Source: a virus
Lineage: Duplodnaviria > Caudoviricetes
DNA length: 64,000 bases
Reading direction: 5' to 3' (one strand)
IMG/VR virus record: IMGVR_UViG_3300029305_002190
Location: 1-64,000 of that record
How positions within the stretch are numbered: the first letter of the stretch is position 1; every line of letters begins with the position of its first letter. A model generated the notes under the pieces. The model did no database searches and was not told where the DNA came from. It saw only the letters and a program-made list of their open reading frames with translations. Shown in pieces: positions 28,623 through 39,578 of the stretch. The position numbers were made by a program, and so were the translations under genes.

Positions 28623-31600
28623 ATGCCTTTTATTAATAAAGTAACTGTTCGTGGCACTACATATTATTTGGAGAATCTAACGAACGGTTCTGATATTGCA
28701 AAATTACCAACAGCAGCTCAGGGACTAAAAGCCAATGATGTCCTGGTTACCGAAGGTACTTTGGGCAATTTTACAGTCACACCAGCTCAGTTTGAAGAGC
28801 TTAAGACTAATGTTAACGATCAGTTTAATACTCTGACCGAAGATTTTTCTGGCAAATTTAATACACTTGAGACCGATCTTACTGGCGAGATGGATACTTT
28901 CCAGAGAGATATTAACAGCGACTTAGCAGAGTTTAAGGCTGAGGTAGATAAATTAGTTCGATATGAATTGCCTATTGCAAGTGCAGATGCTCTTGGTGGT
29001 GTTCAGCCAGTTACAAAGACAGACGATATGACCTATGAAGTAGGTGTTGATGCCGAAGGAAAACTATGGGTTGTGTCTGATTTAGAAGAGTCTAAAGAAT
29101 ATATTGATTCAAAAGCTTATTCTGTGGAAATCGTAGACGTTTTACCTGCGGTTGAAGATGCTGAAGATAGAACATTCTATTTAATTCCTAAATCATCTGG
29201 TCGTGGTTACGAAAAGTATTGGAAGATTACTAAGACTACTACAGATGAAGAAGGTAATGAAGTTGTCGAGTCTCAACTAGATGAGTTTGCGGGATCTGCT
29301 ACTGAAATCGTTGCTGAACTACCTGTTACTGGAGAAGAAGATGTAGATTACCTAGTCTATGATGGTACTGTGTGTCTATACTATAAGTGGATTAGCGGCA
29401 ACTGGTGCATGGTTGCCGGTTCTGTCGCTAAAATTGTAGACACTCTTGAAGGTGAATCTGGAAACGAATATACTGATTATTACGTTAAAAACGGAGATAT
29501 TTATTTCCACTATCGTTGGGATAATGCAACTTCTAGCTTCGCAATGGTCGGTAGTGATAGTTATAATAAGACTGAAATTGATACTAAGCTTACGGCGATG
29601 AATGATGTCCTTGCGACAAAAGAAGAAGTAAATGTTGTGTCAGAGATTGCTGTTGGCAATGCAGAAAAAATTGAATATGTAAAAGATGATATCAAAGCAA
29701 TTAATAAAACCATTTCTGAAATGAAGGGTGATAATGAAAATCTTATCATTCAGTACAACGAAGTTGGCAGTGTCCTTCATCTATATGAAAGAGATGAAAA
29801 TGGTGATATCACAATTGTTGACGGTGACAAAGAAGTTAAAGTAAAAGAAATTTATTCCACTATTATTGTAGGTGGAGGCGGTGGTGGAGATGCATTAGTT
29901 TCTACTATCAAACTTGGCCTAAACGTAGATGGTGATAAAGATCTTAAAGTACTATATGGAAGTTCTGTTTCATTAAATTATATTTTGTCAACACGTAAGG
30001 CTACAACCACTCAAGATGAATCTGGCAAGGAAATAACCGTTTATGAAGAAGCTGTAATTCCTGGTGATATTACTATTACACTATACAAAGATAATATTTA
30101 TCAAACACATTTTACTATTAAAAAGACAGAGCTTACAGCACAAAAAGGTAGTATTGATGTAACTGATTATGTATCTTTAGGCTCACAAGTCTTAACACTT
30201 AAGGCTGCATATGTAGAGCAATTGGGCTCTGGTGAAGAAACTATTACCGTTAGAGCTGGCGCAGACTGGAGTGTCGAGGCAGTTAATTTAAAACTAATTG
30301 ATCTTCCTGATAATCAATGGGAGACTACACCAAAAACTGGCAGTACAACATTCTATTGTACACCTGTTGGTGATCTGGAAAAGAAAGTGTATTTTCAAAT
30401 TGACGATGCAGATCCAGAAATTAAAATTACTAAATTCAATGGCACTCCTATCCCATATACTATTAAAATGCAGCCACACGGTGTGCATACTTTGCGTATA
30501 TGGTGTACTGGCGAAATTGGTGGTAAAACTATTTCAACCGATGTTTATACTTATGTTTTGATGTTTAAAGAGAGTGGTAACAACACCCCTATTATTAGAA
30601 TCAAAGCACCAGAAACTCTAGAGCAATATTCTGCTGCCAATATTTATTATAATGTGGTTGACCCGCTTAATGACATTATTAATGAAGTAACTATTTATGA
30701 TGAAACTGGAGCCATTTTATCATCCGTCGTGAATATTACTTCAGCAGAACAAACTTATGAATTTAAGCCTACTGTTGCAAAAAATACAACAATTACTGTC
30801 AAATATAAAGACCAAACAGAATCTGCAAGTATTGAAGTTACTAAATTCCCATATGAAATTAGTGCGGTTACAAAAGATCTAATGCTAGACTTTGTTCCTA
30901 CTGGTAGAACGAACTCCGACGTAGATTACAATGTGTTCAAAAATAATGCTTATACTATTGAGATCGACGACGAATCTGGTGAGGAAATTCAAAAAGAGAT
31001 TCCTATGACTTGGGATTTCTCTGATAACTTTGACTGGATAAATGGTGGATGGCAGAGAGATGATGCGGGAGATACTTATTTCTGTGTAAAAGCAGGTACT
31101 TCTGTTTCATTTAATTATAAGCTTTTTGAAAACGCCAATACTGTGGCACAAAAGGATGCATATGGAAACTATTCTATTCCTGGTGTCGGTAAGGAATTTA
31201 AGATCATTTTCAAGACTACTAATGTTGCCCGCTCTGATGCAGAATGGCTAACATGCTATGGTCCAACTGAAGATGGATACAACACAGGTATTAGAATGGA
31301 AGTTCATAACGGATATGTTTCTTCTAATATTGGTACTCTTGAAATTCCTTATAGCGAGGAAGATATCATTGAGTTCGATACTAATATCGTTCCTATCTCT
31401 GAGTTTAGCCCAACTTATGAACCTCAGTTTACTTCAAAAAATATTCCAATGGTTCTGACATATGAAGATGGTACTCCTGTTCAGCCTATGGTTATTACGA
31501 GTGCATCTACTTCATTCCAGCAAGAAGATGCAGTGCCTATTACCATTGGTTCTGATTATTGTGACGTTCATATTTATCGTATGAAGGTATATAACAGATA

Positions 31601-33059
31601 TTTGACCGATAAGGAAATTTTGAATAACTTTATTGCTGACGCTCGTTCTGGCTTAACTATGGCGGAAAGATATGTTAGAAATGACATTTATACTGCTGAC
31701 GGTCAGCTAGATCCAGAAACATTGGCAAAGAAGTGCCCAGATTTATTTGTTTATGTTTTGTCTGCACCTAAGTTTACAAATGATAAGAAAGACAAGGTAG
31801 AAAACACAACTATTAGACAGTACAAATATGATGCAAAAACCAATTCATGGCCTATTGAATATAACTGGACTGCTACTGGGGCCATCCATAACGGCCAGGG
31901 TACGTCTTCAAACGAATATGGTTATGCAAGTAGAAACCTAGAATATAACATGAAGAAAGCAACCATTACTTTAGGTGATAACTCAACCGTTGTTAAGAAG
32001 ATTCAGTTGTCTGACACATCAGTGCCAACAAACTATCTAAACTTAAAGGTTAATGTTGCCTCTTCTGAGCATTGTAATAATGCGCTATTACAGAAGCGCT
32101 ATGACAGATATTTACCATATACTACATTGGCAGCAGAAAAAGACGATAGAGCTAAAAACTCTATGGAATTCTTTAACTGTGTTGTATTTATTCAGGAAAC
32201 TAGTGATGAAACACATAGAGAATTTAGTGATAAGGCAGTCCATTTCTACGCAATTGGTAATATAGGTGACTCTAAGAAGACAGATGATTCCAGAACTAAT
32301 GATCCAGATGATGTTAACGAATTCTGTGTTGAAGTTATGGACTGGAATAGAGACTTGTCTACTTTCCCTACAGAAACTCGTATGTTTGCCGCTCATACTA
32401 TTGGTTATGTAAAAGCAGAAGAGGAAGATTTAACTGTTGAAAACCTAGGCAATCTATATGAAAAAGTAGAGTTGCCAGAGGGAACTTCTTATGAGAAGAC
32501 ATCTGATAGTGAAATTAATCCTTTGACCACTTATTACGTTAAGACCGAGACTATTAAGTATATTGACCTGTTAACACCAGAAAATTGTGGTGAAGACGGT
32601 ATTGTTTATGAAATGAATTCCGACGGTGAGCTCGTTCATTCAATGGATACCGTAATGGACTTCACAAAGGATTATTATGTCGATGTTCTTGAGGGCGATG
32701 ACTTCAGTGAAGACTATACTTATGGTTTTAGATATATCCAAAACGAGTGGGACGAAGATGATGGTGCTGACTACAAGGAGAAGAATGAAGCATTCCAGAA
32801 ACCTTTGCGCCAAAAATGGGTTGAATTCTATCGTTTTGTTACTCGTGATTTAACGACTAATGGCAAAGAAGATAAAGCAAAGGTTGATGCATGGAAGAAA
32901 GAGTTTGAGGATTGGTTTATTCTAGACTCTGCTTTGTATTACTATCTATATACTTTGAGATATACCATGGTCGATAACAGAGCCAAGAACTCATTCTATC
33001 ATTATGGTAAGTGCCCTGATGGCAAATACAGATTTGAGTTCTGGGCGTACGATATGGAT
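28623..33059 (+). CDS. Exon 1 of a giant CotH-kinase-like virion-region protein
   Basis: Contains QGTSS..Y..RN, LKVNVASSEH.NN and DNRAKN; ends FWAYDMD at the predicted 5' splice site. Confidence 0.8.
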
Positions 33060-34308
33060 AAAATTTGTCCATGTAAAACCTCTATTGATTAATGGCGAAA
33101 ATCCAGAGATGGACAACGCTCAGGAAGATTATTAATTGTTTCAATCAATAATACAAAATGAAAGGAGTGAAAATATGAGAAAAATTAATAGTTATGAAAA
33201 ATATAAACATCTAATTGGTACAAAAATAAATGAATGGACTATTTTAGATGTTGTAGTTCGCAATGAAGAAAAACATCGTACATATTTGCTTGCGCAATGT
33301 AGCTGTGGAGAAATTAAAGAAATGTATATTTCAGATATATTTCAACAAACAGGAAAAGAGAAGAAAGATTGTGGTTGCGGTCACCGAAAGAGATTAGATA
33401 AAGCTGTGTTTGAGAAGTATGGCTATTTACTTGGGACAACCATTAATGGATGGACTATTTTAAAAATTCTTCCACCAAATGATAAGCATAAAAAAACTTA
33501 TGCTATCTGCTTGTGTCGATGCGGAACCATTAAAGAAGTTAAAATGAGTTACTTATTAAATGGCAATTCCAAAGATTGTGGATGCGGAAGAAAAGAAACT
33601 CTTAGCAAAATGCGGTCAAAAGATCTTACTGGACAAAAGTTTGGCAAGCTACTTGTGATCGAAAAAATGCCGTACAAAGATAAAAACGGTCATACACTGT
33701 ATAGATGCAGATGTGATTGTGGCAATGAAATTATTGTTCTTGGATACTCGCTCGTTACAAAGCATACATTGTCCTGTGGATGTTTAGTATCTTATTACAA
33801 CATGTACATAAAACAGTTTTTAGATAAAAACAATATTGAAAACAAGCCAGAACGTACCATTTTTATTGGTGACAATTACTATAGATTTGATTTCTATTTG
33901 CCTCAATACAATTTATTCATTGAGTATGATGGAGAGCAACATTTCAAACCAATACGATATTATACACAAACAGAAGAAGAAATGATGGCCGCATTTAAAA
34001 AGACGCAAGAACATGACCGTATTAAAAATAAATATTGTGAAGATAATCAAATTAATTTATTAAGAATTCCATATTGGGAAAAAGAAAATATTGAAACAAT
34101 TATAAATAATCACCTGCAACGACTGAGTATAGAGGGCTATATTGCTGAAGCGGTATAGTATGCAACAGTCTGAACTACGGCTATAATCTAAAAATGAAAC
34201 CGTAGAGGGTGGCTCAAAGGTATCTAGACCTTTTAAAGAAGAAGCTACCCCGCCTACTATATTGTAGGTCATAATCCACAAATGCCTAGTGTGGATAGTA
34301 ACAGATTG
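33060..34308 (+). mobile_element. Group I intron (1249 nt) with internal homing endonuclease gene
   Basis: Exon ends in U paired to G in P1 (atggat/gtccat). P3 ctctat/atagag. P7 gactg (34121)/cagtc (34166) in R/S-like contexts. P9 hairpins. Terminal G at 34308. Removal restores in-frame YDMD-TALGIDN. Confidence 0.92.
33175..34158 (+). CDS. Intron-encoded homing endonuclease (EDxHD/Vsr-like) with Cys-rich repeats
   Basis: AAGGAG RBS before ATG 33175; three C.CG…CGC repeats; RFDFYLP…IEYDGEQH…HD..KN.YC…LLRI.Y; 3' end overlaps the intron core. Confidence 0.88.
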   Translation: MRKINSYEKYKHLIGTKINEWTILDVVVRNEEKHRTYLLAQCSCGEIKEMYISDIFQQTGKEKKDCGCGHRKRLDKAVFEKYGYLLGTTINGWTILKILPPNDKHKKTYAICLCRCGTIKEVKMSYLLNGNSKDCGCGRKETLSKMRSKDLTGQKFGKLLVIEKMPYKDKNGHTLYRCRCDCGNEIIVLGYSLVTKHTLSCGCLVSYYNMYIKQFLDKNNIENKPERTIFIGDNYYRFDFYLPQYNLFIEYDGEQHFKPIRYYTQTEEEMMAAFKKTQEHDRIKNKYCEDNQINLLRIPYWEKENIETIINNHLQRLSIEGYIAEAV

Positions 34309-37300
34309 ACAGCTTTAGGTATTGACAACGCAGGTAAGCTTGACATTCCTTTTGGTCAAGAAGATCATGACGTTGATGCTGCTGGTGCAGCACACTTTAG
34401 AGCACATAACTCTACATTCTTTGACAGAATTGTTAAGTATTTCTCCGAAGAATTAAATGCAAGATGGGCAGCTATTGAACAAAGTCCTGCTGGCAATGCA
34501 TTTGATTCCGTTTCTCTGTTAAATGAGTTTGATGCATGGCAGCAACAATTTGCAGAAGAGCTATGGAGACTTGACTACGAAAGAAAATATAAGAGAACAT
34601 ATGTTGGTGGTAATGGCCCTGATTGGGATAATGCTTTACCAAAGAAAAATGAAGCTGGTGCAAATGTCACTGAGCCTCGTTTCCTAAAAGAAATGATGAA
34701 TGGACGTAAGAAGTATCAAAGAAGACAGTTTGAGAGAGCACAAGACACATACATGTCAAGTAAGTTCTTAGGTAGTAAAAATGTATCTGATACTATCACT
34801 CTTCGTGGTGCTGGTGCTTCAGAGACTCATCCTATTCCCGCTAATTATACTTTATCTATTATTCCATTCTCTAACATGTATATCAATATTCATGATGGTA
34901 CAACTAACTTCTATCACAATAGATGTTATGCTGGTCAGACATATAATATTGACTTACTTGGTGCTAGTGGAGCGTTTGACTTTGGATATATTAGAGGCTC
35001 TTCCAATATTCAAGAACTAGGCGACTTGTCACTGAAATATCTACAGACTGCAACATTGAATAGTGGTTCTAGATTGAAGACAATTAAGCTTGGTAATGCA
35101 GATGAAAGATATGAAAATAAATCTCTAAAGACTCTAGCAATTGGTTCTAGTAATAGACTACTTGAAGAGTTAGATATTAGAAATCTAAAATATCTGGCAA
35201 ATGAAAGCTTAGACTTACCTGTTACAAATATTCCTAGTTTGAAGCGTGTATATGCTCAAGGTTCTAATATTAGACAGGCACGTTTTGCCAATAATGGTTT
35301 GTTAGAGGAAGCATATCTACCAGCAACAGTTACCGAGTTGTCTCTACGTAATTTACACTTTATCAAGACTATTGAACTTGAAAGTTATGACAGTTTAGTT
35401 AACCTAACTATTGAAAACTGTCCAACTATGAATGACAAAGCACTTGTGATGATTGGTTTGGCAAAGAATTTAAAATCTGTAAAAGTAACCAACGTTAATT
35501 GGGAACAAAAAACAACTGACTTGTTGAATCGTATCGTAAGGATGAAGGGTAGCCTACTTACTGGTTTCGTAAAATTTACTGGCTATGTCAGACAAAGTGA
35601 ATTGGACGCATATGCAAATGCTTGGCCTGATTTGAATGTGGATATTAGTGAGGCAACTTTGGTGCCACAGTATCCAGTAGCGTTCTTTAACTATGATGGT
35701 GTTACTCCTATTTTAGATAAGAATGGCAATCCTTATGTACAGCTTGTTGATGAGTTTAAATCTCCATATGATCCTACCGAAAAAGATCCAAACACACCTA
35801 TCGATATTGATATGCCGACTCGTGAAGAAACTGCACAATATAAATATGTTTTCACAGGTTGGGATGGCATTAAAGGAACCGTTCCAGAGTTAACAAAAGT
35901 TGTGGCAATTTATGTTGAACAAGATCAGTATTATAATGTTTATTGGCATAACAAAAATGGTGATATATTGTATACAGTTAAGGATGTCAAGTATGGAAAT
36001 CCTGCCGTCTATGGCGGAAATTGGCCAACATATACTGTTAATGAAGCAGAGTATTATGAATATAGCATCTTTACTGGATGGGATATTAGCACTAGTGTTA
36101 TTGTTGGAGAAACTCACGCTTATGCACAATATGAAACAGTAAATGGCCTTCCTGCTAAAGGCACTGATATAAAAGATATGAGCGTCGCACAGATTTATAG
36201 TATTGTTACTTCTGGTAATAGTGCTGGTTATTTTGAAGACAAGGATTATATTGACATTAAACTTGGCAATGATTATTCTTACAACAATGTTGCAGAAAAT
36301 GTAATTATCAGTAACGATACTGTTTTGGATGGAACTGAATCTAAAGTAATTGAGTCTGATATTAAACTTTGCGGTTCAGATTCTCCTGCATTTACTATGG
36401 CTATCGACTTTGAATTTGGTGTTAATGATACTTCATCTCCTGTTAGACCCACTCTTGTTTCTTGTTTTGAAAATGCTAACTCTAAGGGAATGAGATTATT
36501 CTATGGTACTGATGGCAATCCTGCTATTCAATGGGGTGATCAGACAATGACTGTTGGATATGGCACACAAAGAAATATGGTTGTCATTCGTCATGCTAAG
36601 GGAGAAGAACTTGTACACGTTTATGCATTTAATGGTGTAAATGCTGGATCTGGTGCATATTCAACAAGTATTGATTATAGAACATTAACTCGTACTACAC
36701 AGCAATTCACAAATCGACCAGTTATTATCGGTGGTTTCAGATACGATCCAGAGGCTGGTTCAGACGTTGGTAAGCTTGGTGGACTATGTAATGGTATCGT
36801 GCATTGGGTTAAAGTTTGGAATGAAGATCTTGGTGATGTAGATGCTAGAAATCTAGCAGCATGGACTCATGAAACAATTCGTTTCCAATATTGTGGTAGT
36901 GGCAGATACCAGGTGAATCCTAATACTGGTCGTATGACTGGTGCATCTTTTATTTGCGAAAACCTATTAGCATATGGTGGCAATATTAATTCTAGCCAGT
37001 CTAATGTTGGTGGTTGGGAAGCATCTGAGATGAGAGATTTCTGTAATGATCGTGTATATAATGCATTCCCGACTGTATGGAAGTCTGTGATTAAGAAACC
37101 ATATATCCCTGCAAATATTGGTAATAATTCTTCTACTGTTGTAACATCTCAAGATTATATTTATCTGCCATCTTATGTTGAGTTGACTACTATTACTACA
37201 GATCCATATGATGATGAAGGTTACGCAATTAGTTGGATGATTAACCCCGCAGATAGAATTAAGAAACAAAATGGTGTTGCGACAAAATACTGGACTCGTT

Positions 37301-37422
37301 CTGCTATGAAGGGATATGACCGTTATTGGGTATATGTTGCCGAAGATGGTTCTATGAACGGAAATCTGACATATGCATATCCACAAACAAAGAACGGCAT
37401 TTGTCCTTGCTTCTCAATCTAA
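34309..37422 (+). CDS. Exon 2 of the giant CotH-kinase-like protein (kinase C-lobe, LRR-like, B-repeat-like, LamG-like, C-terminal lectin-like domain)
   Basis: Starts TALGIDNAG; LxxLxLxN repeats; Y.FTGWD units; C-terminal GGWEASEMR…YWTRS…GICPCFSI. Confidence 0.8.
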   Translation, partial: TALGIDNAGKLDIPFGQEDHDVDAAGAAHFRAHNSTFFDRIVKYFSEELNARWAAIEQSPAGNAFDSVSLLNEFDAWQQQFAEELWRLDYERKYKRTYVGGNGPDWDNALPKKNEAGANVTEPRFLKEMMNGRKKYQRRQFERAQDTYMSSKFLGSKNVSDTITLRGAGASETHPIPANYTLSIIPFSNMYINIHDGTTNFYHNRCYAGQTYNIDLLGASGAFDFGYIRGSSNIQELGDLSLKYLQTATLNSGSRLKTIKLGNADERYENKSLKTLAIGSSNRLLEELDIRNLKYLANESLDLPVTNIPSLKRVYAQGSNIRQARFANNGLLEEAYLPATVTELSLRNLHFIKTIELESYDSLVNLTIENCPTMNDKALVMIGLAKNLKSVKVTNVNWEQKTTDLLNRIVRMKGSLLTGFVKFTGYVRQSELDAYANAWPDLNVDISEATLVPQYPVAFFNYDGVTPILDKNGNPYVQLVDEFKSPYDPTEKDPNTPIDIDMPTREETAQYKYVFTGWDGIKGTVPELTKVVAIYVEQDQYYNVYWHNKNGDILYTVKDVKYGNPAVYGGNWPTYTVNEAEYYEYSIFTGWDISTSVIVGETHAYAQYETVNGLPAKGTDIKDMSVAQIYSIVTSGNSAGYFEDKDYIDIKLGNDYSYNNVAENVIISNDTVLDGTESKVIESDIKLCGSDSPAFTMAIDFEFGVNDTSSPVRPTLVSCFENANSKGMRLFYGTDGNPAIQWGDQTMTVGYGTQRNMVVIRHAKGEELVHVYAFNGVNAGSGAYSTSIDYRTLTRTTQQFTNRPVIIGGFRYDPEAGSDVGKLGGLCNGIVHWVKVWNEDLGDVDARNLAAWTHETIRFQYCGSGRYQVNPNTGRMTGASFICENLLAYGGNINSSQSNVGGWEASEMRDFCNDRVYNAFPTVWKSVIKKPYIPANIGNNSSTVVTSQDYIYLPSYVELTTITTDPYDDEGYAISWMINPADRIKKQNGVATKYWTRSAMKGYDRYWVYVAEDGSMNGNLTYAYPQTKNGICPCFSI

Positions 37423-37436
37423 GGAGGTGAGCGTAT

Positions 37437-38084
37437 ATGAAATATTATAAGATTATTAAAAACAAAGAATTTATTGGTGTTGGAACTACGCTCAACTTAC
37501 GTAGATTCCAGAAAAAGCATAAAATTATTTTGATTTGTGATGAAACACAAGTACAATATATTCAGTTGGGTGATGTTCTATATCGTGCAAATTGGATGTG
37601 GCCTGAAACTACTGATAGTGTTAAATATGAAATCGCAGATGTTATTAGAATCGAAAAAGGCGAATATGATTTACTATTGAAAGCAGTTGAGACAAATGAA
37701 GAAATTGCCATTGAAGAAGAGCCTGTTGTCGAAACTGAACACGTTGTAGTTGAAGAACCAACAATCGATTATGTTCGTGCTTCTAAAATCTCAGAGTTGA
37801 AGCATCATTGTAATAAGGAGATTACCAACGGTGTGAATATTAAGTTAAGTGACGGGGAAACTCGTCACTTTTCTATGTCATTGGAAGACCAAATTAATTT
37901 ACTGACAATGGCATATCTGTCTGATGAGAGTGTATATTCCACCGAGGATATGAAAACGATTATTGCAGAAACAAATGCTTTCAAAAATCGTCATATTGCA
38001 AAATTTAAGCAATTAGAAAACCGTGTGAACTCCTTAAATACTATTCAGGAAATTTCTGCGGTGAATTACCATGAGGAGGTGTAA
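37437..38084 (+). CDS. Putative fibre assembly chaperone
   Basis: KISEL…C…I..G…HFSMSLEDQINL…I..I.AV.Y pattern typical of genes following large fibres. Confidence 0.55.
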   Translation: MKYYKIIKNKEFIGVGTTLNLRRFQKKHKIILICDETQVQYIQLGDVLYRANWMWPETTDSVKYEIADVIRIEKGEYDLLLKAVETNEEIAIEEEPVVETEHVVVEEPTIDYVRASKISELKHHCNKEITNGVNIKLSDGETRHFSMSLEDQINLLTMAYLSDESVYSTEDMKTIIAETNAFKNRHIAKFKQLENRVNSLNTIQEISAVNYHEEV

Positions 38085-38087
38085 GAT

Positions 38088-39524
38088 ATGGCGTATTTAA
38101 ATAAAATTGATATAAACGGTAGAACCTATTATCTTCAACACCTAACTGATGGTAAAAATGAGGCAAAACTACCAACCCCTGTAAAAGATGACGAATTACT
38201 ATTGCGGAGTCAGGTTATAAATAGTGTAACAAGTAAGGACAGCCAAAGTGGCTATAGAATTCCTTTGTCTGCAGCACAGGGTTATTCATTAAATACTAAA
38301 TTAAATCAAGAGATTCTTGATCGTGAAGCAGATGTTGATGAGGAACAAGCAAGAGCAGAGGCCGCAGAAAAAGTATTAACTGACAATTTAAATAAAGAAA
38401 TTCAAGACAGAATTGATGATGTTGATACTGAGGAGGCAAGAGCTCTGGCTGCTGAGAAAGTTTTAACAGATAATCTGGCGCAGGAAATTATTGACAGAAC
38501 TAATGATGTTAATGAAGAACAAAAGCGTGCTGAAGATGCGGAAAAAATCTTAACAGACAATTTAAACAAAGAAATTCAAGATAGAACTGACGACGTTAAC
38601 GCAGAAGAAACGAGAGCTTTAACTGCAGAAAAGGTGTTAACGGATAATCTTGCACAAGAAATTGTTGACCGCACAAATGCAGTCACAACAGAACAAAATA
38701 GAGCAACTGCAAAAGAGAATGAGATTAGTGCCAATCTAACAGCTGAAATCAATCGTGCTAAATCTGCGGAGGAAACTAATGCAACTGCAATTGCTACTGA
38801 GAAATCTCGTGCTGAGGGTGTTGAATCTAATCATGAGTCTCGTATTGTAACTATGGAAACCTTCTTTAAAGAAGCGGATATTGATGCAAGTCAAGAATTC
38901 ATTGATACCTTAAAAGAAATTCAGACCTATATTGCAGATGATAAAACTGGTGCAGCAGCTATGACAGCTTCTATTCAATCAAATAAAACTGCTATTGAAA
39001 CTGAGGCTGGTCGTGCCGAGGGTGTGGAAGCTGATTTACAGTCTCAGATTACTGCCGAGGCAACAACTGCTCGTGCTGCTGAAAAATCCAATGCTGATGC
39101 TATTGCCGTTTTGAATGGCTCTGCTGATGGATCTGTTGCGAAGGCAGTTGTTGATGCTAGAACTGTTTTGGAATCTGAAATTGCTAAGAAGCTGGATAAA
39201 ACTGATGCCTATGTCCATCCTTCTCATGACGGTTGTGTTTCTGGTTTGTATAAGATTACTGTTGATGAGTTTGGTCATGTTTCTAGTGTGATTCCTGTAA
39301 GTAAGGATGATATTGTTGGTCTTGGTGTTCCAGCGCAAGACACTACTTATGGTGACGCTACTGCGGGTACTAGTGGATTATTGTCTGCTGTGGATAAGGT
39401 TACATATGATGGATATGCTGCTACTATTGCGAGTTTACAAGAACAAATTGATGCATTAAAAGCATTAGTGGAAAGTTATCATCCTACAGTTGAACCCGAA
39501 CCTGAACCTGATGAAACGGAATAA
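38088..39524 (+). CDS. Coiled-coil fibre protein
   Basis: N-terminus paralogous to 28623, 29-aa repeats, IDTLKEIQTYI, and the GLYKITVD..GHV…PAQDTTY module shared with 14108. Confidence 0.7.
   Translation: MAYLNKIDINGRTYYLQHLTDGKNEAKLPTPVKDDELLLRSQVINSVTSKDSQSGYRIPLSAAQGYSLNTKLNQEILDREADVDEEQARAEAAEKVLTDNLNKEIQDRIDDVDTEEARALAAEKVLTDNLAQEIIDRTNDVNEEQKRAEDAEKILTDNLNKEIQDRTDDVNAEETRALTAEKVLTDNLAQEIVDRTNAVTTEQNRATAKENEISANLTAEINRAKSAEETNATAIATEKSRAEGVESNHESRIVTMETFFKEADIDASQEFIDTLKEIQTYIADDKTGAAAMTASIQSNKTAIETEAGRAEGVEADLQSQITAEATTARAAEKSNADAIAVLNGSADGSVAKAVVDARTVLESEIAKKLDKTDAYVHPSHDGCVSGLYKITVDEFGHVSSVIPVSKDDIVGLGVPAQDTTYGDATAGTSGLLSAVDKVTYDGYAATIASLQEQIDALKALVESYHPTVEPEPEPDETE
38301..38735 (+). 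repeat. 5 x 87-bp coding tandem repeat
   Basis: L(N/A)(Q/K)EI.DR..DV..E..RA..AEK.LTDN units; the fifth is degenerate. Confidence 0.85.
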
Positions 39525-39578
39525 TGATTATAAGGAGGGCGTGGAGACACGCTCTCCTCTATTTATATTTGATAGGAT

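Noticed and set aside
28623-33092. Listed ORF ending KICPCKTSID and listed ORF 34282 starting MPSVDSNRL as two separate genes
   Set aside because: Both termini are read-through into intron sequence; splicing gives one continuous protein
37290-37422. Complete diversity-generating retroelement
   Set aside because: No reverse transcriptase and no template repeat seen in the window
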